A stretch of DNA of 64,000 nt from Octopus vulgaris (lineage: Eukaryota): NCBI GenBank assembly GCA_951406725.2, contig OX597815.1, positions 121,644,001 to 121,708,000 on the forward strand, written 5' to 3'. The position numbers were made by a program, and so were the translations under genes. Shown piece by piece: positions 26,437 to 40,093 of this stretch. The stretch's first letter is position 1, and each line of letters starts with the position of its first letter. The notes below the pieces were generated by a model that saw only the letters and a list, made by a program, of their open reading frames with translations, had not been told where the DNA came from and made no database searches.

Positions 26437-29400
26437 TATATGATTTTGTAAACCTAAGAACATAAAAATACATAAATGGGTGCTAATAATAATAATGACC
26501 AAACATAGTAATAATAGAAGCTTAAGGAAGAAAATGGGTGAAGATATCAGTATCTTATAATTGTTTCAAATTTTGGCACAAGGCCAGCAAATTCAGAGGG
26601 AGGGAGTAGTCAATTGCATCAACCTAGTGCTTGGCTGGTATTTATTTTATTGACCCCCCCAAAAGCATTAGTATCTAATAATAATAATAATTATAATTAT
26701 AATTTTGCTACAAGGGCAGCAATTTGGAGGGAGGGGATGAGTCGATTACATTGACCCCAGTGTTCAACTGATATTAATTTTATTGACCTCGAAAAGATGA
26801 CCTCGGCAGAATTTGAACGCAAAACTTAAAGATGGACGAAATGCCGCTGAGCATTTTGTCCAGTGTGCTAATGATTCTGCCAGCTCACTGTCTTGGGCCT
26901 CATGAAGGCAATGACCAAGACCTTTGGCATTATGTTGTGCTTTTGAAGAAGACCCTCAAGCTGAGCAAAGTCACAGCCATGGCAGATACTGGTGTCACAC
27001 AAATGGAACCTGTGCTGATGGCGTGTAAAAGCACCTATTACACTCTGAGTGATTGGTGTTAGGAAGGGTATCCAACCATAGAAAATCATACCAAATCGGA
27101 CTGGAGTCTGATGTAGCCTTCCAGCTTAACAGCCCTGGTCAAACCATCCAGCCCTTACCAGCATGGACAACGGATGTTAAATGATGATGATGATGATAAT
27201 GATGAATAATAGTAATGCTTTCTAATTTTGGGACAAGGCCAGCAAGTTTTTTGTAACTTAACTTCATGCTCAATTGATACCTATTATATTGACCTTGAAT
27301 AGATGAAAGGCAAAGTTAACCTTTTTGGAATTTGCACTCAGAAGGCAAAGAGCCAGACAAAATGCAGCATTTTGTCTGATGTGCTAACAGTTCTGCCATT
27401 CAAAGACATATTAAAGATAATGATATATATAATAATGATATGAGGAAAAATAACCTCATGTTATAATGACAGGATTTGGGCCTTTAAACTTTTAGTTATT
27501 TTCTTAACTCTTTATTCTTAATAAGATTTACAGCCTCATAGACATACTGTTCTTAAACTAATGTTTGTGTATTAAACATTTGTTAGCTATAATTGAATAA
27601 TTACTAATCTAATTTTTGATATTAATAATTTTGAGGACTAGGTCACTCATCTGATGAAGTCTGTTGAATGAAATGTTTGATAATATATGCAGATATATAA
27701 GCTAATTTCAACTCTGGCTCACATAATGTAACATTTAAAAAGTTAACATCATTAACTCTATAAGTGTAAATTTTCTAATTTCAAAGTAAATATCTTTGCT
27801 GTAACTATTTAATTAATATATGGTGGAAGAAATTAAAGTTCTTAATTGCCATCTTCAAATCTTTTCATCATTTTGCCAGAGAAGACTTCAAAGTTTACTT
27901 ATGTTTTTGAATAATAATGAGCATGGATTGAAAATTAAAAATATTTTTATTTACATAAATCAAATAAATATTAAATGTAACTACTTAAGGTTATAAGATT
28001 GATGATACATTCTAAGCCTTCTCTCTTTCCCCCATCAGTTGTAAATTATAGATTGCATCTTTATAAAAGGAAATCTGTTAAAGAATACAAACATTGTTGG
28101 TGCGTAGGTGCATGCACGGCTGTGTCGTAAGAAGTTTGCTTCCCAACTTCATGGTTCTAGGTTCAGGCCCACTCCCTGGACATCTACTTTAGCTTCAGGC
28201 CAACCAAAGCCTTGTGAGTGGATTTGGTTGATGGAAACTGAAAGAACCCCATCATTTGTTTGTCAGTGTTTGTTTGTCTTCTGCCACTACTTGACAGCTG
28301 GTGTTGGTGTGTTTAGATCCCCCATAACGTAGTGATTTGTCAAAAGAGATGAATAAAATAAGTCTCAGACTTTAAAAAAAAAAGCACCGGAGTTGATTTG
28401 TTCAACTAAACCCTTCAGGGCAGTGCTCTAGCATGGTCCCAGTCTAATGAATGAAACAAAGGAAAGATAACTTAAAAAGATACAAGATATGTGCAAATAA
28501 AATGCATATACACCCTTGTTTTAAAGATAAAATATGTGTATGTATGGCTGTGAGGTATGCAGTTTGCTTCCCAGACACATTGTTCCAGGTTCAGTCCTGC
28601 TCTGTGACACCTTTGGCAAGGGTGTTGCATTATAGCCTTGGGCCAACTAAAACCTTGTGAATGGAATTAGTGGTAGACAGAAATTGAAAGAAACATGGGT
28701 GGTGTTTGTTTGTCCCTCACCACTACTTGACACCTGGTGTTAGTTTGTTTATGTCTTTGTAACTTGGCAATTTGATAAAAGAAACTGTAAGAATAAGTAC
28801 CAGGCCAGTAAAAAAAAATGTATTGAGCTTAATTTGTTTAGCTAAAATTCTTCAAGCCAGAGTTCCAGCATGGCTGCAGTCTAATGACTGAAACAAATAA
28901 AAAGTAGAAGACAAATTACTACAACTCTCTAGATAAGAAAATCATTTCTTCTTATTATTGGTGATTTCACAAATATGGATAACTTGGGAAGAAGTAGTGG
29001 AGGGAAATGAGCCAAGACATTTCAGTAAGATATAAATTGATTGATTGATCTTTACTTCCCGGGTATGGGTATCTTTTGCGGAAATGGTTTGTGTCTTACA
29101 AACAGTGTCAACTGATTTCATCTGTACATTTCAATCTCAGCACAGACTTAGCATCTTCGTAAAATAAAAATCTCAATATAAATTGTCAAATAAGAACAGT
29201 GAAAATTAATGTTAGACATTTTCTCTGCAGCTAATAACTGGAGTTCATTAATGGCTTTATTTTCAGGACTAAATAATTAATTACTTTATACTACTGATAA
29301 CTCTTGACTCAGTTCTCAAAGACACTCTTTGAGATATTTGTTAAAATGAAAAACTATTGATTTAATATTTACTTTTTACTATTAATGTAAAGTATGTTTG

Positions 29401-30138
29401 ATTTTTTTCTTTACATTTTCAGTTGTAATGAAGTTGCATCTTAGCTCATTATATATTGCATAATTTGTCTGTATCGTGTTATATGGTACATAATCTTAAC
29501 ATTATTTTTAGCTGATTGTAGATTTTAGCCATGATTTAAGCTGAATTTTAGCTGACTATAAATTTAATATTTTCATTTAACTATTAATGCAAAATAGATA
29601 TTTTTCTTTTTACAGTATTACACTTTCAGTATCTTAGTAAATTGCTCACCCAGTCCTTATTACACACACTTGTCAATACAGTTTTATGTAGCAAGTCCTG
29701 CTCTTTGCTTCTAACTGAACTTTTAGCTTTTGCATTTGCATGAGTGAATGTATTTTCATATATGTGTATGTAGGTACAGTTGTGGCTGTGTGGTTAAGTT
29801 TACTTCCTAATCATATGGTTGCACGTTGGACAAGTGTCTTCTATAACCCCTGGCCAATCCAAATCTTTTGAGTGGGTTTTGTAGATGAAAACTGAAAGAA
29901 GCTTGTCATGTGGTGTGTGTGTGTTTTGACATTGTGTGATAGCTGTGAGTATCACTGCTATGTGAACAGTGTCATTCATGGAAAAAAGTATCTTGCTTGG
30001 AAATAGGTGAGGTTTGGTGACAGGAAAGGCATCTAGCTCTAGAAATTCTGCTTCAAGAAACTCCACCTGATCATGCAATCATGGAGAAATGAATGTTAAG
30101 AGGAGAATGAGGATGACGATGGTGTATGCAATTATATA

Positions 30139-30948
30139 CAGAGTGTGATGAATAAACTGTCATCTAAACTATGCAAGAATAAAGATAACAGTGACATCTC
30201 ATTTTAACATAGATATTTACCAAAATTACATAAAAATATCTTATAATACTAAACAGTAAATATATTCAATAAAATTGTCATTGGCTTCAATCATGGCCTC
30301 CAGATGACTTCAAAATCTCCTGCAAATTTTCTGAACGGTCTCCTTGTTTAAGTTGGGCAATGCTGCAATCCTTGTGTTTAGTTCATCTTTGGTGTTACAA
30401 GGAAGTTTGTTGGTCTCTTGCTCAACTGCACCCCAGAAATTGTCCAACGGCCATGACTGAGCTCTCCTGCTTGTATGACATGATGCAGAGTGTTGTTGCT
30501 AGACATAGGGTCTTCCAGCAGCCACTCTCTTGACCCAGGGCAGCACTGCCTCCTCCAGGCACTTGATGTAGAGCTCCATGTTGAGTCTGAGGAAGATGAA
30601 TGGAGGTATAACATTGCCATCACTAGTGATCACTCCAAACACCATGATGTTGACTGGATTTTTTATTTTTATCACTCTTGCTACACATTTTGGGAACATA
30701 GCTAGTCCTCAGATTGACACCCAAACACTCTGAAATATTCATATTGGAGCTTCCAGCATGAATGCCAAGCAGTACTGCATGTCATTTCCAAATTTCTGGC
30801 AGAGTGAAATATGTGATGGTGCTGTTTTTCTCACAGACGGTGCCCAACTGACCTTACTATACTGTGTAGTCAACAAAATCAAGAACAAACAATGTGCATG
30901 TGCGAAATTAAAAATATAAAATGGCAACTATTTACCCATCACATCCTG
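30139..30948 (-). mobile_element. Internally deleted Tc1/mariner (maT/DD37D-like) transposon
   Basis: Imperfect TIRs cagagtgtgatgaataaa / tttacccatcacatcctg with TA flanks; ORF piece NPVNIMVFGVITSDGNVIPPFIF..YIKCLEEAVLPWV..GRPYV. Confidence 0.8.
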
Positions 30949-31366
30949 TATATATAAATTGTTATATTTGGTGATGGTCATATTTTTCCTAATTAACCAT
31001 ACACACTATATACTTGGTTTTCACTTCAGCTTTATTACAATTCTTTTTGGTGTTAGGATGGGCATCCAGCCATAGAAACCATGCCACAACAGACAACCAA
31101 AGTCTGGACAGCTTTGCTAGCCAGCTCTATCTCAAACCATCCAACCCATTCCAGCATGGAAAGCGGGCATTAAACAATGATGATTTTAGTGACAAAGGAT
31201 GCTAAAGTAATAATAATAATGAAGCTGAGGTGAAAACTCAATATATAATATGTGTGATTAATTGTCAAAAATATGGCCATCCTCAAATATAACAATATTT
31301 GTTTCAGGAATCTTGCAAAACTAATAATAAATACACACACTTATTTATATATATATATATACACAT

Positions 31367-31417
<51 letters not shown>

Positions 31418-31418
31418 T

Positions 31419-31492
<74 letters not shown>

Positions 31493-31572
31493 TCTTTACT
31501 CTTTTACTTGTTTCAGTCATTTGACTGTGGCCATGCTAGAGCACCGCCTTTAGTCGAGCAATTGACCCCAGG

Positions 31573-32871
31573 ACTTCATTACAGATACATTGACATCAGC
31601 TAATCTGGTGACCAAGACTACACTCTTAGTCATATCCCTTCACTTGCCTCAGACACCCAGAACTCACAAAAACCATATTTTGTAAGTGGCTGACTTGCAG
31701 CTGTGCACAAGCAATTCAAGTAAAGAATGACATGCAACATCTGGAGAAACACCTCTACTAACTGGGTGGCTTTTATTCATCCACCATTGCAATTCCTCCA
31801 AGACTATTACATTTCCATCTATCTGTCTGGATGATTTATTGTCCTCTATTGCGTTTTTGTTCCATTTTATACACTCACACACACATATATATATGTGTGC
31901 GTGCGTGTGCGTGATTGTGTATTCTTTATTCTTTTGTTTCAGTCATTGGAATGCAGCCATGCTAGAGCATTACCTTTAGTCGAAGAAATCAACCCCAGGA
32001 CTTATTCTTTGTAAGCCTAGTACTTATTCTATTGGTCTCTTTTGCCAAACCGCTAAGTTATGGGGACATAAACACACCACCATCGGTTGTCAAGCGATGT
32101 TGGGGGGACAAATACATACATACATATATACAATGGGCTTCTTTCAGTTTCCATCTACGAAATCCACTCACAAGGCTTTCGTTGGCCCATGGCTATAGTA
32201 GAAGACACTTGCCCAAGGTGCCATGCAGTGGGACTGAACCCGGAACCATGTGGTTGGTAAGCAAACTACTTACCACACAGCCACTCCTATATGTATGTAT
32301 AGATGTACATGTGTGTGTGTTTGCGTATCTGTCTTTGTCCTCTCACCATCGCTTGACAACCAATGCTGTTGTGTTTACATCCCCGTAACGTAGTGGTTTG
32401 GCAAAAGAGGCCGATAGAATAAGTACTAGGCTTACAAAGAATAAGTCCTGGGGTTGATTTCTTCGACTAAAGGTAATGCTCTAGCATGGCTGCATTCCAA
32501 TGACTGAAACAAAAGAATAAAGAATACACATACACGCACACGCACGCACACATATATATGTGTGTGTGAGTGTATAAAATGGAACAAAAACGCAATAGAG
32601 GACAATAAATCATCCAGACAGATAGATGGAAATGTAATAGTCTTGGAGGAATTGCAATGGTGGATGAATAAAAGCCACCCAGTTAGTAGAGGTGTTTCTC
32701 CAGATGTTGCATGTCATTCTTTACTTGAATTGCTTGTGCACAGCTGCAAGTCAGCCACTTACAAAATATGGTTTTTGTGAGTTCTGGGTGTCTGAGGCAA
32801 GTGAAGGGATATGACTAAGAGTGTAGTCTTGGTCACCAGATTAGCTGATGTCAATGTATCTGTAATGAAGT
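31573..32871. repeat. Near-perfect long inverted repeat: arms 31573-32032 and 32414-32871
   Basis: Arms are reverse complements apart from a few differences in an internal microsatellite. ORFs 31664-31882(-) and 32562-32780(+) translate identically. Confidence 0.95.
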
Positions 32872-34105
32872 ATCTTTGTTGTCAAAGATCATCAGAATAA
32901 TAATGGAAGAGTCACAAGTTTTAAAGATAGGGGATTCATCACTACGTATGAATGGATGTTGGGAAGCATTGATTAGGTAGAAGTCAGATAACTTGGTAGG
33001 GGAAGTGATAGTAGGTGTTCGGAAAAGGATAAGACAGGGTTGAAGTTAAGAAAGAAATGAGGTTTGTCTGGAGTGTCTTTGTGTCAATGATAGATAAGAG
33101 CAAGCAGTGATCTGTTGAAAATTTCATATGATTCAGCTTCTGTAATGCCAGCATGAATGTGGTAGGAGTGCAGTAGCAAAGAGTAGTAGTAATAGTAGTA
33201 GTAGTTCTTATTGTAGACATCAGCATTTAAGGGAGCTAGAACAAATTTTAAAGAAGAGGAATGTGAGACAGGTGTCCTCAATGCAGGATGAGAGTGATAG
33301 TTAAAAAGTTGCTGCCGACCAGAAAATTAATTCAGAGAGAGGTAGAAAAATAAAAAAGGGGATTTTGAAGTGGTAGCAACTGTAAGTAATTCATTGCCAA
33401 TAATATCCAGGTGTGACAGTTAAGTGGATTACATGCAGAGGAAGATGTAATTTTCCGAGTGAAGTTGGAATGGAGAATATAAACTGGACAATAGTGATAG
33501 TCTGAATAGTTAATGAGTAAGAGATTGGTGTCTGAGTGGAAGGCATGATGTATATTGCTTGCATGTTAGGATAGTTTCTTGCATTTCAGAGGGTTTCAAA
33601 GTGTTTATGGGCATTGCCCAACCTTGAAATAGAAAATAAATTACTTTAACCTTAAAATATCAACCCCAATATTTCTTCTTTTTTTTCTTGATTACTATTA
33701 TACTTTAAATGATGGTGCATGGTTTGAAGTTAGGGTATTGCACACTCAATCACAAGATCATTGCTTCAATTCACACACTGGTGGTGCTTTGTGTTCTTCA
33801 GCAAAACACTTCATTTTACATTATAAATGGGTAACCCTGTGATGAATCAGTATCCTGTTCAGTGGGAATGTCAGCTTGCCCACCTAGCCAGTGGGGAGAA
33901 ATCATTTGAAGGCCAAAACGATGTGGTAAAGTGCATTGTGACTAGCAGTGTATAACTACATCTGATAATCTGGTTGATGTAATGATCATACTTCAAAATT
34001 AACAAGGATAATTGTGTCAATGTTGTTTTAATTTTTTTACTATTTTCCTTATTTTAATTTCCTTTTATTTTAATTGATTGCATATGAAACTTTTGTTTTT
34101 TTCAG

Positions 34106-34231
34106 TTACTTGTACAAAATGGATCTCCGTTATTTATAGAAAATGTAGATCAACTGACACCTTGTGATATTGCGGAAAAAAATGGACATGGAGACATTGC
34201 TTTGTTTTTGGAATCAAAAATGGTGTTCTCT
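34106..34231 (+). CDS. ANKIB1: ANKIB1 exon [42 protein letters not shown]
   Basis: T-rich tract plus cag acceptor; gtaagt donor; 126 nt; directly continues the ankyrin repeat (CVE|LLV). Confidence 0.93.
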
Positions 34232-35489
34232 GTAAGTACTCAGTTTTGATCAAGTATTTCTATAAGCAGATATTCACACTGATCAGAAAACAGCTTGTTT
34301 GCAAAAATTATAAACCACATTGGTGGCTGTTTAGGCTCAAAGGACTGGGTATTTCTAGCTGATGAAAAATATGGTGACACACTGATGTCCCAGAATCCCT
34401 TGTACCAATGCACCCAGTGTGTTATGAACATGTAAAAGGGAGAATTTTTTCTCCTGTGACATGTACAACAATGATTAGCATATTTACATTTAAATCTGCG
34501 GGAATGTATTAAGAATCAGTATGCAGATCATCATTTTAGACCTTGCTGTTCAAAATGCAAACAACAATTTCAACAAACAACTCATATTAAAAAATATCGA
34601 TACATCTGAGAAACAGCTTCATAGATAAAATGAAATTAGATGTTCACTTAGATTTCAGCATTGCTTAAAATTTAGTTATTATGTTGTCACATCACATACT
34701 TGAAAATCACATTATTTTCCTAGTCAAATGAAGGCTGTTTTATAGAAGTGGGAAATCTACAAAATAGTGACAAGGGTCATTTAAATTTAGATTGAAAGGG
34801 TTATTAAAGCAAATATCCAGGGTTATAATTTCAACCTTTACTGATAGAAATAGGAAGACTGAAAAATAATGTAAATATAAAAGTTTTCTAAAAGTTATCC
34901 TTTTACATAGGATTCCTACAAACAAAATATCAAATGTCATCCAATAATATTTACTACAATAGAATTTCTCTAACTTTTCTATAACTATTATATTAGTAGA
35001 ATTCACTGGACCATGTTTTATATCTGAAGAATAGACAATTGAAAATTGCAAATCTTTATTGTAAAATTATTCTGTTTCTGTCTGTATTGAAATTGTTTGT
35101 CTTTATATTTTATAAAGAAAAAAAAAAGATTATTAAATGATCAGCTACGAAGAAATATTTACTATTTAATATTTCATGTAAACGTGCATGTGTGTATGTG
35201 TTTTATTGCAGATAGAATTTTATTAGAAATTATTTTAAAATATCTCATATGCTTTATGTGTAAACAAGTGAACTTCAAAGGGAAGCTGCACAACCATTCA
35301 TATCAGAAATAACAAAAGCCTGGCAATAACATGAATCAATGAATAAACTTTGAATTCTAGCTTATAAGTATATTATTAAACTATTTTGCTTATCGTAAAG
35401 CATGTTATGAGAAGAGAATTTTCCAAGCAGTAATATCAAATGTGTATGTATATAGATAAATAATAAATAAATATTTTGGAATCAAATTA

Positions 35490-35652
35490 TGAGCCTTCGC
35501 TGTATAGTGACTTTAGAAAATAGTCTAATATTAGGGCATAAAAGCCCTTATAATGGAAAAAAATGGGCATTAGTATGTGTGGGAATTGAACACACACTTT
35601 CTCTTATATGCCCTGATATTTATTAAACTATTTTCTATACAGTGAAGGCTCA
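35490..35652. repeat. Imperfect ~50-bp inverted repeat (MITE-like hairpin)
   Basis: tgagccttcgctgtatag..gaaaatagt..agggcata versus tatgccct..actattttctatacagtgaaggctca. Confidence 0.6.
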
Positions 35653-36737
35653 AAATTCTGTTTATAAAATTTCACTCGCCACCAATTCCTAATTCACATA
35701 GGCAAATATATATTATTGTAATCAAAATTCCTGCAATGGCTATTACCACTTCTAAAACCTGGAAACATATTTTCTTGTGGTGGAGAATGTGGGATACTAC
35801 AAGGCAATGTGATGACAGGAGATTATTTAACTGTTTTATACATTTTTATTTACAAAATTCCACATAATCTGTAACATCTTAAAAAAGAAAGACATGCTGG
35901 CAGAATATGGATGTGGCCAAGTGGCTATGAAATGCACTTCACAACCATAAGGTCTTGGGTTTGGTCCTACTATATATCTTGAGCAAGTATCTTTACCAGA
36001 GCTTTGGGTTCATTCAAACCATGTGAATGAAATTGATGCATAGCTGCATTATAAGAAGTTTGCTTCTCAACCACATAGTTCTAGGTTCAGCCCCACTGCA
36101 TGGCACTTTGGGAAAGTATCTTCTCATATAGCCTCAGGCTAGCCAAAGCCTAGTTAGTGTATTTAGGGTACCGAAACTAAAAGAATCCCATTGTATATAT
36201 GTATTTATAATTGACAACTCCAGTCAGCGAAAACAAACAGCCAACAGAATAAGTACAAGTCTTAAAAAAAAAAATTAAGTCCTGGGGTCTATTTGTTTGA
36301 CTAAACCCTTTAAGGTAGTGCCCCAGCATAGCTGCAATCCAATGACTGAAACAAGTAAAATATAAAAATAACTATGTGGAAACCTGTCAGATGTGTGGCA
36401 TCTGTTATTCAAAAGTCTGGCTTTGTTACAACAATATCATATTCGTTCTACTTAGAATCATATTAAGTGTACACACACTTTTGGAATACTCAGCCACTTG
36501 GTACACTAATTTAATGAATAAGTTGTTCCGTTGAGTCAACAAATGGATGTGCTCATAAGTTGAAACTGATAGAGAAGAGTGAGTCCATCATATATTGCTT
36601 AACTCTCTGGCAGTTACACTGGGCAGATCCAGCCTCTCATACCGACCCTACAATATCATTCCCAAAATAAACATCATCAAAATTTCATAACATTATTTAC
36701 ATTTGACGGATATTTGTCCTCATCTTGTTTGTTGTTA

Positions 36738-36781
36738 ACACAACGTTTTGGCTCATATACCCTCCAGCCTTCATCAGTTGT
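36738..36781 (-). ncRNA. Decayed minimal hammerhead motif
   Basis: acaa-CUGAUGA-A-GGCUG..GAGCC-AAAA-CGUU-gugu; GAAA has decayed to AAAA. Confidence 0.5.
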
Positions 36782-37010
36782 CTTGGGAAAATTTCGAACC
36801 TGGGTTCTCATTCCTAAGGTATTTTTCAGTGTTATTATTATTGTTGTTCAGGTCACTGCTTGGAATCGAACTCAGAATCTTAGAGTTAGTAGCCCACACT
36901 CTTAACCCCAAAATTCCAAGTCCAATTCCAAACAGTAACCTGAATAATAATAATAATAATAGCATCGAAAAATACCTAGGAATGAGAGCCCAGGTTCAAA
37001 ATTTCCCCAA

Positions 37011-37056
37011 GACACCTGATGAAAGCTGGAGTGTATATCAGCCGAAACGTTATGTT
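37011..37056 (+). ncRNA. Minimal hammerhead motif with intact core
   Basis: gacac-CUGAUGA-A-AGCUG-gagugauauau-like loop (gagtgtatat)-CAGCC-GAAA-CG-UU-auguu; palindromic ACGU at helix III; single mismatches in helices I and II. Confidence 0.65.
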
Positions 37057-38799
37057 AACAACAAACAAGATGAGGACAAATATCCATCAAATGTAAATAA
37101 TGTACATAATTCCTCATCTCTTAAATATAGAACTGGAAAATTTCATAATTACAAGATAATGCATGATTAGTTCAAAACAAAGTGAATAAGTATCATGTTT
37201 GACAGAGTAATCTAAATACTAAATGGTTAATCATGGCTGAGCTCAGACTAAAGGACAATTATGCAGTACTGCACATTGGGCCAAAGGCTTCTGCTATTGC
37301 TCTGGTCCAGCCAATTCATTGTAAATGAAATTGATTTACAGAAACTGAAAGAAGGCCATTGTGGGATATGTATTGTATGTGTGTTAGTATCTTTGTTTGT
37401 GCATGTTGACAATAGAAGTAAATGAGTGTCACCATCATAGAAGCAGTGCCATTTGTTTCCAATCTGCCATGAAAATATGTCCAGCTATGTGGAACTATTG
37501 CGTTGCTTGGAAACATGTAAATTGGGCAACAGGAACGGCATCTAGCCATAGAAAACCTGCTTCAATAAACATCATTCCGGCGCGTGCAAACATGGAAAAG
37601 TGGGTGTTAAAACAACTGTGGTTGTGATAATGGCGATGATGTTGTTATAGTAGTAGGAGGAGGAGGAGGAGGAGGGGAATTTACCATCAGACTTTGGCTC
37701 GAGGTAAAATTTCAAAAGATTTGGCAGTTCAACAGAAAGTGTAAAGTGAAGCATTACTTTGTTTCTGATTTGTTGAGTTACAAACCAGTTGTAATTAGGT
37801 TTTGAATAAATTGTGAAATTGTTACTGTCTGAATGTTTATGATGTTACTTTTATGATATTATGAAATCTGTGATTCTAAATAATGTTGTTGTCTTAGACA
37901 GCTCTGATGAAACATTTCAGCAGAGTTCATTCTGTCCTTCTTCCAGCATAGTGCGTCTTTATCATTATCCAATGTAGGTAAGATAGTGAATGGAGGATAG
38001 ACGAAACGGGGAAATTTGGACTGGTGTTTCTAGCAAGCCAAGTGTCCACATAGAACTTTCATTGTTCTTAATACTCTTTTATTCTTTTACTTGTTTCAGT
38101 CATTGGACTACATCCATGCTAAAGCACCACTTTGAAGGGTTTTAGTCGAACAAATCAACCCCAGGACTTACTTCTTAAGCCTGGTACTTATTCTATTGGT
38201 CTCTTTTGCTGAACTGTTAAGTTACAGGGATGTAAACATACCAACACTGGTTGTCAAGTGGTGATGGGGGAAGCAAACACAGGCACAAACACACACACAC
38301 ACACATATATATGTTGGGCTTCTTTCAGTTTCCATCTACTAAATCCACTAACAAGGCTATAGTAGAAGACACTTGCCCAAAGTGTCCCACAGTGGGACTG
38401 AACATGGAACTATGTGGTTTCTAAAGCAAGCTTTCTACCACACAACTACATCTCCACCTATATAATAATATTTTTTTTAAAATTGTGTAATGGTATATAG
38501 CAATGGTCTGGAATATGTCTAGAATTCCTGGATTTAAATAAAACTTTACCATAAAAGTGTTTTTACTTTTCATTTTATTTGTTTTTTATTTATTTATTTT
38601 TTTTTTTTGTTACAAACTTTCAAAAGGAAATATTTCCGATTTCAATTTTCATCACTTTAAAATTGATATTTGTAACCAAACTATATCTTTAAATTGTTTT
38701 AAAATTAATGTTTTCCATTTTGGTTTTACTGCTAAGTTTCGTTCATACTAATATTTGAACAAATAACAATGCTTCTTTCTTTCTTTTTATTGTTTGTAG

Positions 38800-38856
38800 A
38801 ATGAAGGTTCCCAAGAGGATCATGAAGAGGTGGTTATTCCTGTTAGTGATACAGAG
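38800..38856 (+). CDS. ANKIB1: ANKIB1 exon (acidic linker) NEGSQEDHEEVVIPVSDTE
   Basis: Strong pyrimidine tract plus tag acceptor; gag|gtaagt donor; 57 nt, phase 0/0. Length fits the acidic linker between VFS and Y.GLR.QDL, but sequence conservation is weak. Confidence 0.78.
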
Positions 38857-40093
38857 GTAAGTGGTTAGCATTTTTAGTCTCTGACGACCTCTTGGTTTTA
38901 GTGAAATAAAATGACTGGTAGTCAACCTCTCAATCAATCCATTAGATTTGTCAAAGTCTTTTCATCATCTTCCATGACCTCATCAATCACTTAACTTTTT
39001 TTTCTCTTCCGGTCTCTCAGTCCTAGCTGATTGATCGATTGATTGAACAGTTAATCAAACAAATGATTAGTTAATTGGTTAAATACTAACAATAAATTTT
39101 TCTCCTATAGACACAAGGCTTGAAATTTTGGTGGGAGGGGGATAATTGATTACATCGACCCCAGTGCTCAACAGGTACCTATTTTATCAACCCCAAATGA
39201 ATGACAAGCAAAGTCACTCTCAGTAGAATTTGGACTCAGAACAAAGATGGACAAAATGCTGCAAAACATTTTGTCCAGTAGGCTACTAATTCTGCCAGCT
39301 CGCCACCTTACAAGTTGACCAATAATAAAATAAGTGAAATAGAACGAGGGCATGTCTTTATTATTGGCACGATGACTCTCTTGAGACACAGCAAAATCTG
39401 TTTCAACACAGGAGTTCACATCAATAATCTTGCAAACCAAAATACTACAAAAAATTGATTTAGTCAGTGTAAATAAAGTGGACTATATTTCTACTTCACT
39501 AGAAATATTACTGTTTCTCATTAGTGTCTTATTCTCTGATAATTAGTAACTCATTTATGAGCTGTGATAATTTTCATCAGAGAAAATAATAACTTTTGTC
39601 CTGCTTTGAAAAAAAACCTTATATTTTGCAAATTATCTTTCAAAGAATATGCCCAAATTAATCTTGAAAAGTTGACAAGCTCAAATTCAGCCAATTAAAT
39701 TAAATTTGTTTTATACAAAAAACTTTAGTGTTTGAGCAAAGCAAATGTGATAGGCATGAATTGCTTATTAGACTTTTCAGTGTAAATAAATATCTTTTAT
39801 CTTTTACTTGTTTCAGTCATTAGACTGCAGCCATGCCGGGGCATCACCTTGGAGAAGTTTAGTCAAACGAATCAACCCCAATGCTTATCTTTTCTTTTTT
39901 AAAACCTTGTACTTATTTTGTCAGTCTCTTTTGCTGAACTGCTAAGTTACAAGGATGTAAACACAACACCAGTTTTCAACTTGTGGTGGGGGACAAACAG
40001 ACACAGAAATACACACACATGCACAACGATGCACATACACACACATACACATGCACACACACACACATACATATATACATGCATACCTACATA

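Larger units (their letters stand above)
36691..37136. mobile_element. Head-to-head pair of tRNA-headed hammerhead elements inserted in a piggyBac-like MITE, with 12-bp TSD
   Basis: Minus copy ~36691-36908 and plus copy ~36905-37136; aaaatttcataa duplicated at 36679-36690 and 37137-37148; the host MITE resumes after the second copy. Confidence 0.82.

Noticed and set aside
27645-27685. ctgatgaagtctgttgaatgaaatgtt as a hammerhead
   Set aside because: Helix II has at most 2 bp and helices I and III are poor; could be chance or extreme decay.
31664-32780. Two identical 72-aa ORFs on opposite strands as duplicated genes
   Set aside because: They are a by-product of the inverted duplication; no coding evidence.
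32875-33600. Possible L2/CR1 LINE remnant on the minus strand
   Set aside because: Purine-rich, LINE-like composition but only a very weak motif resemblance; too decayed to call.
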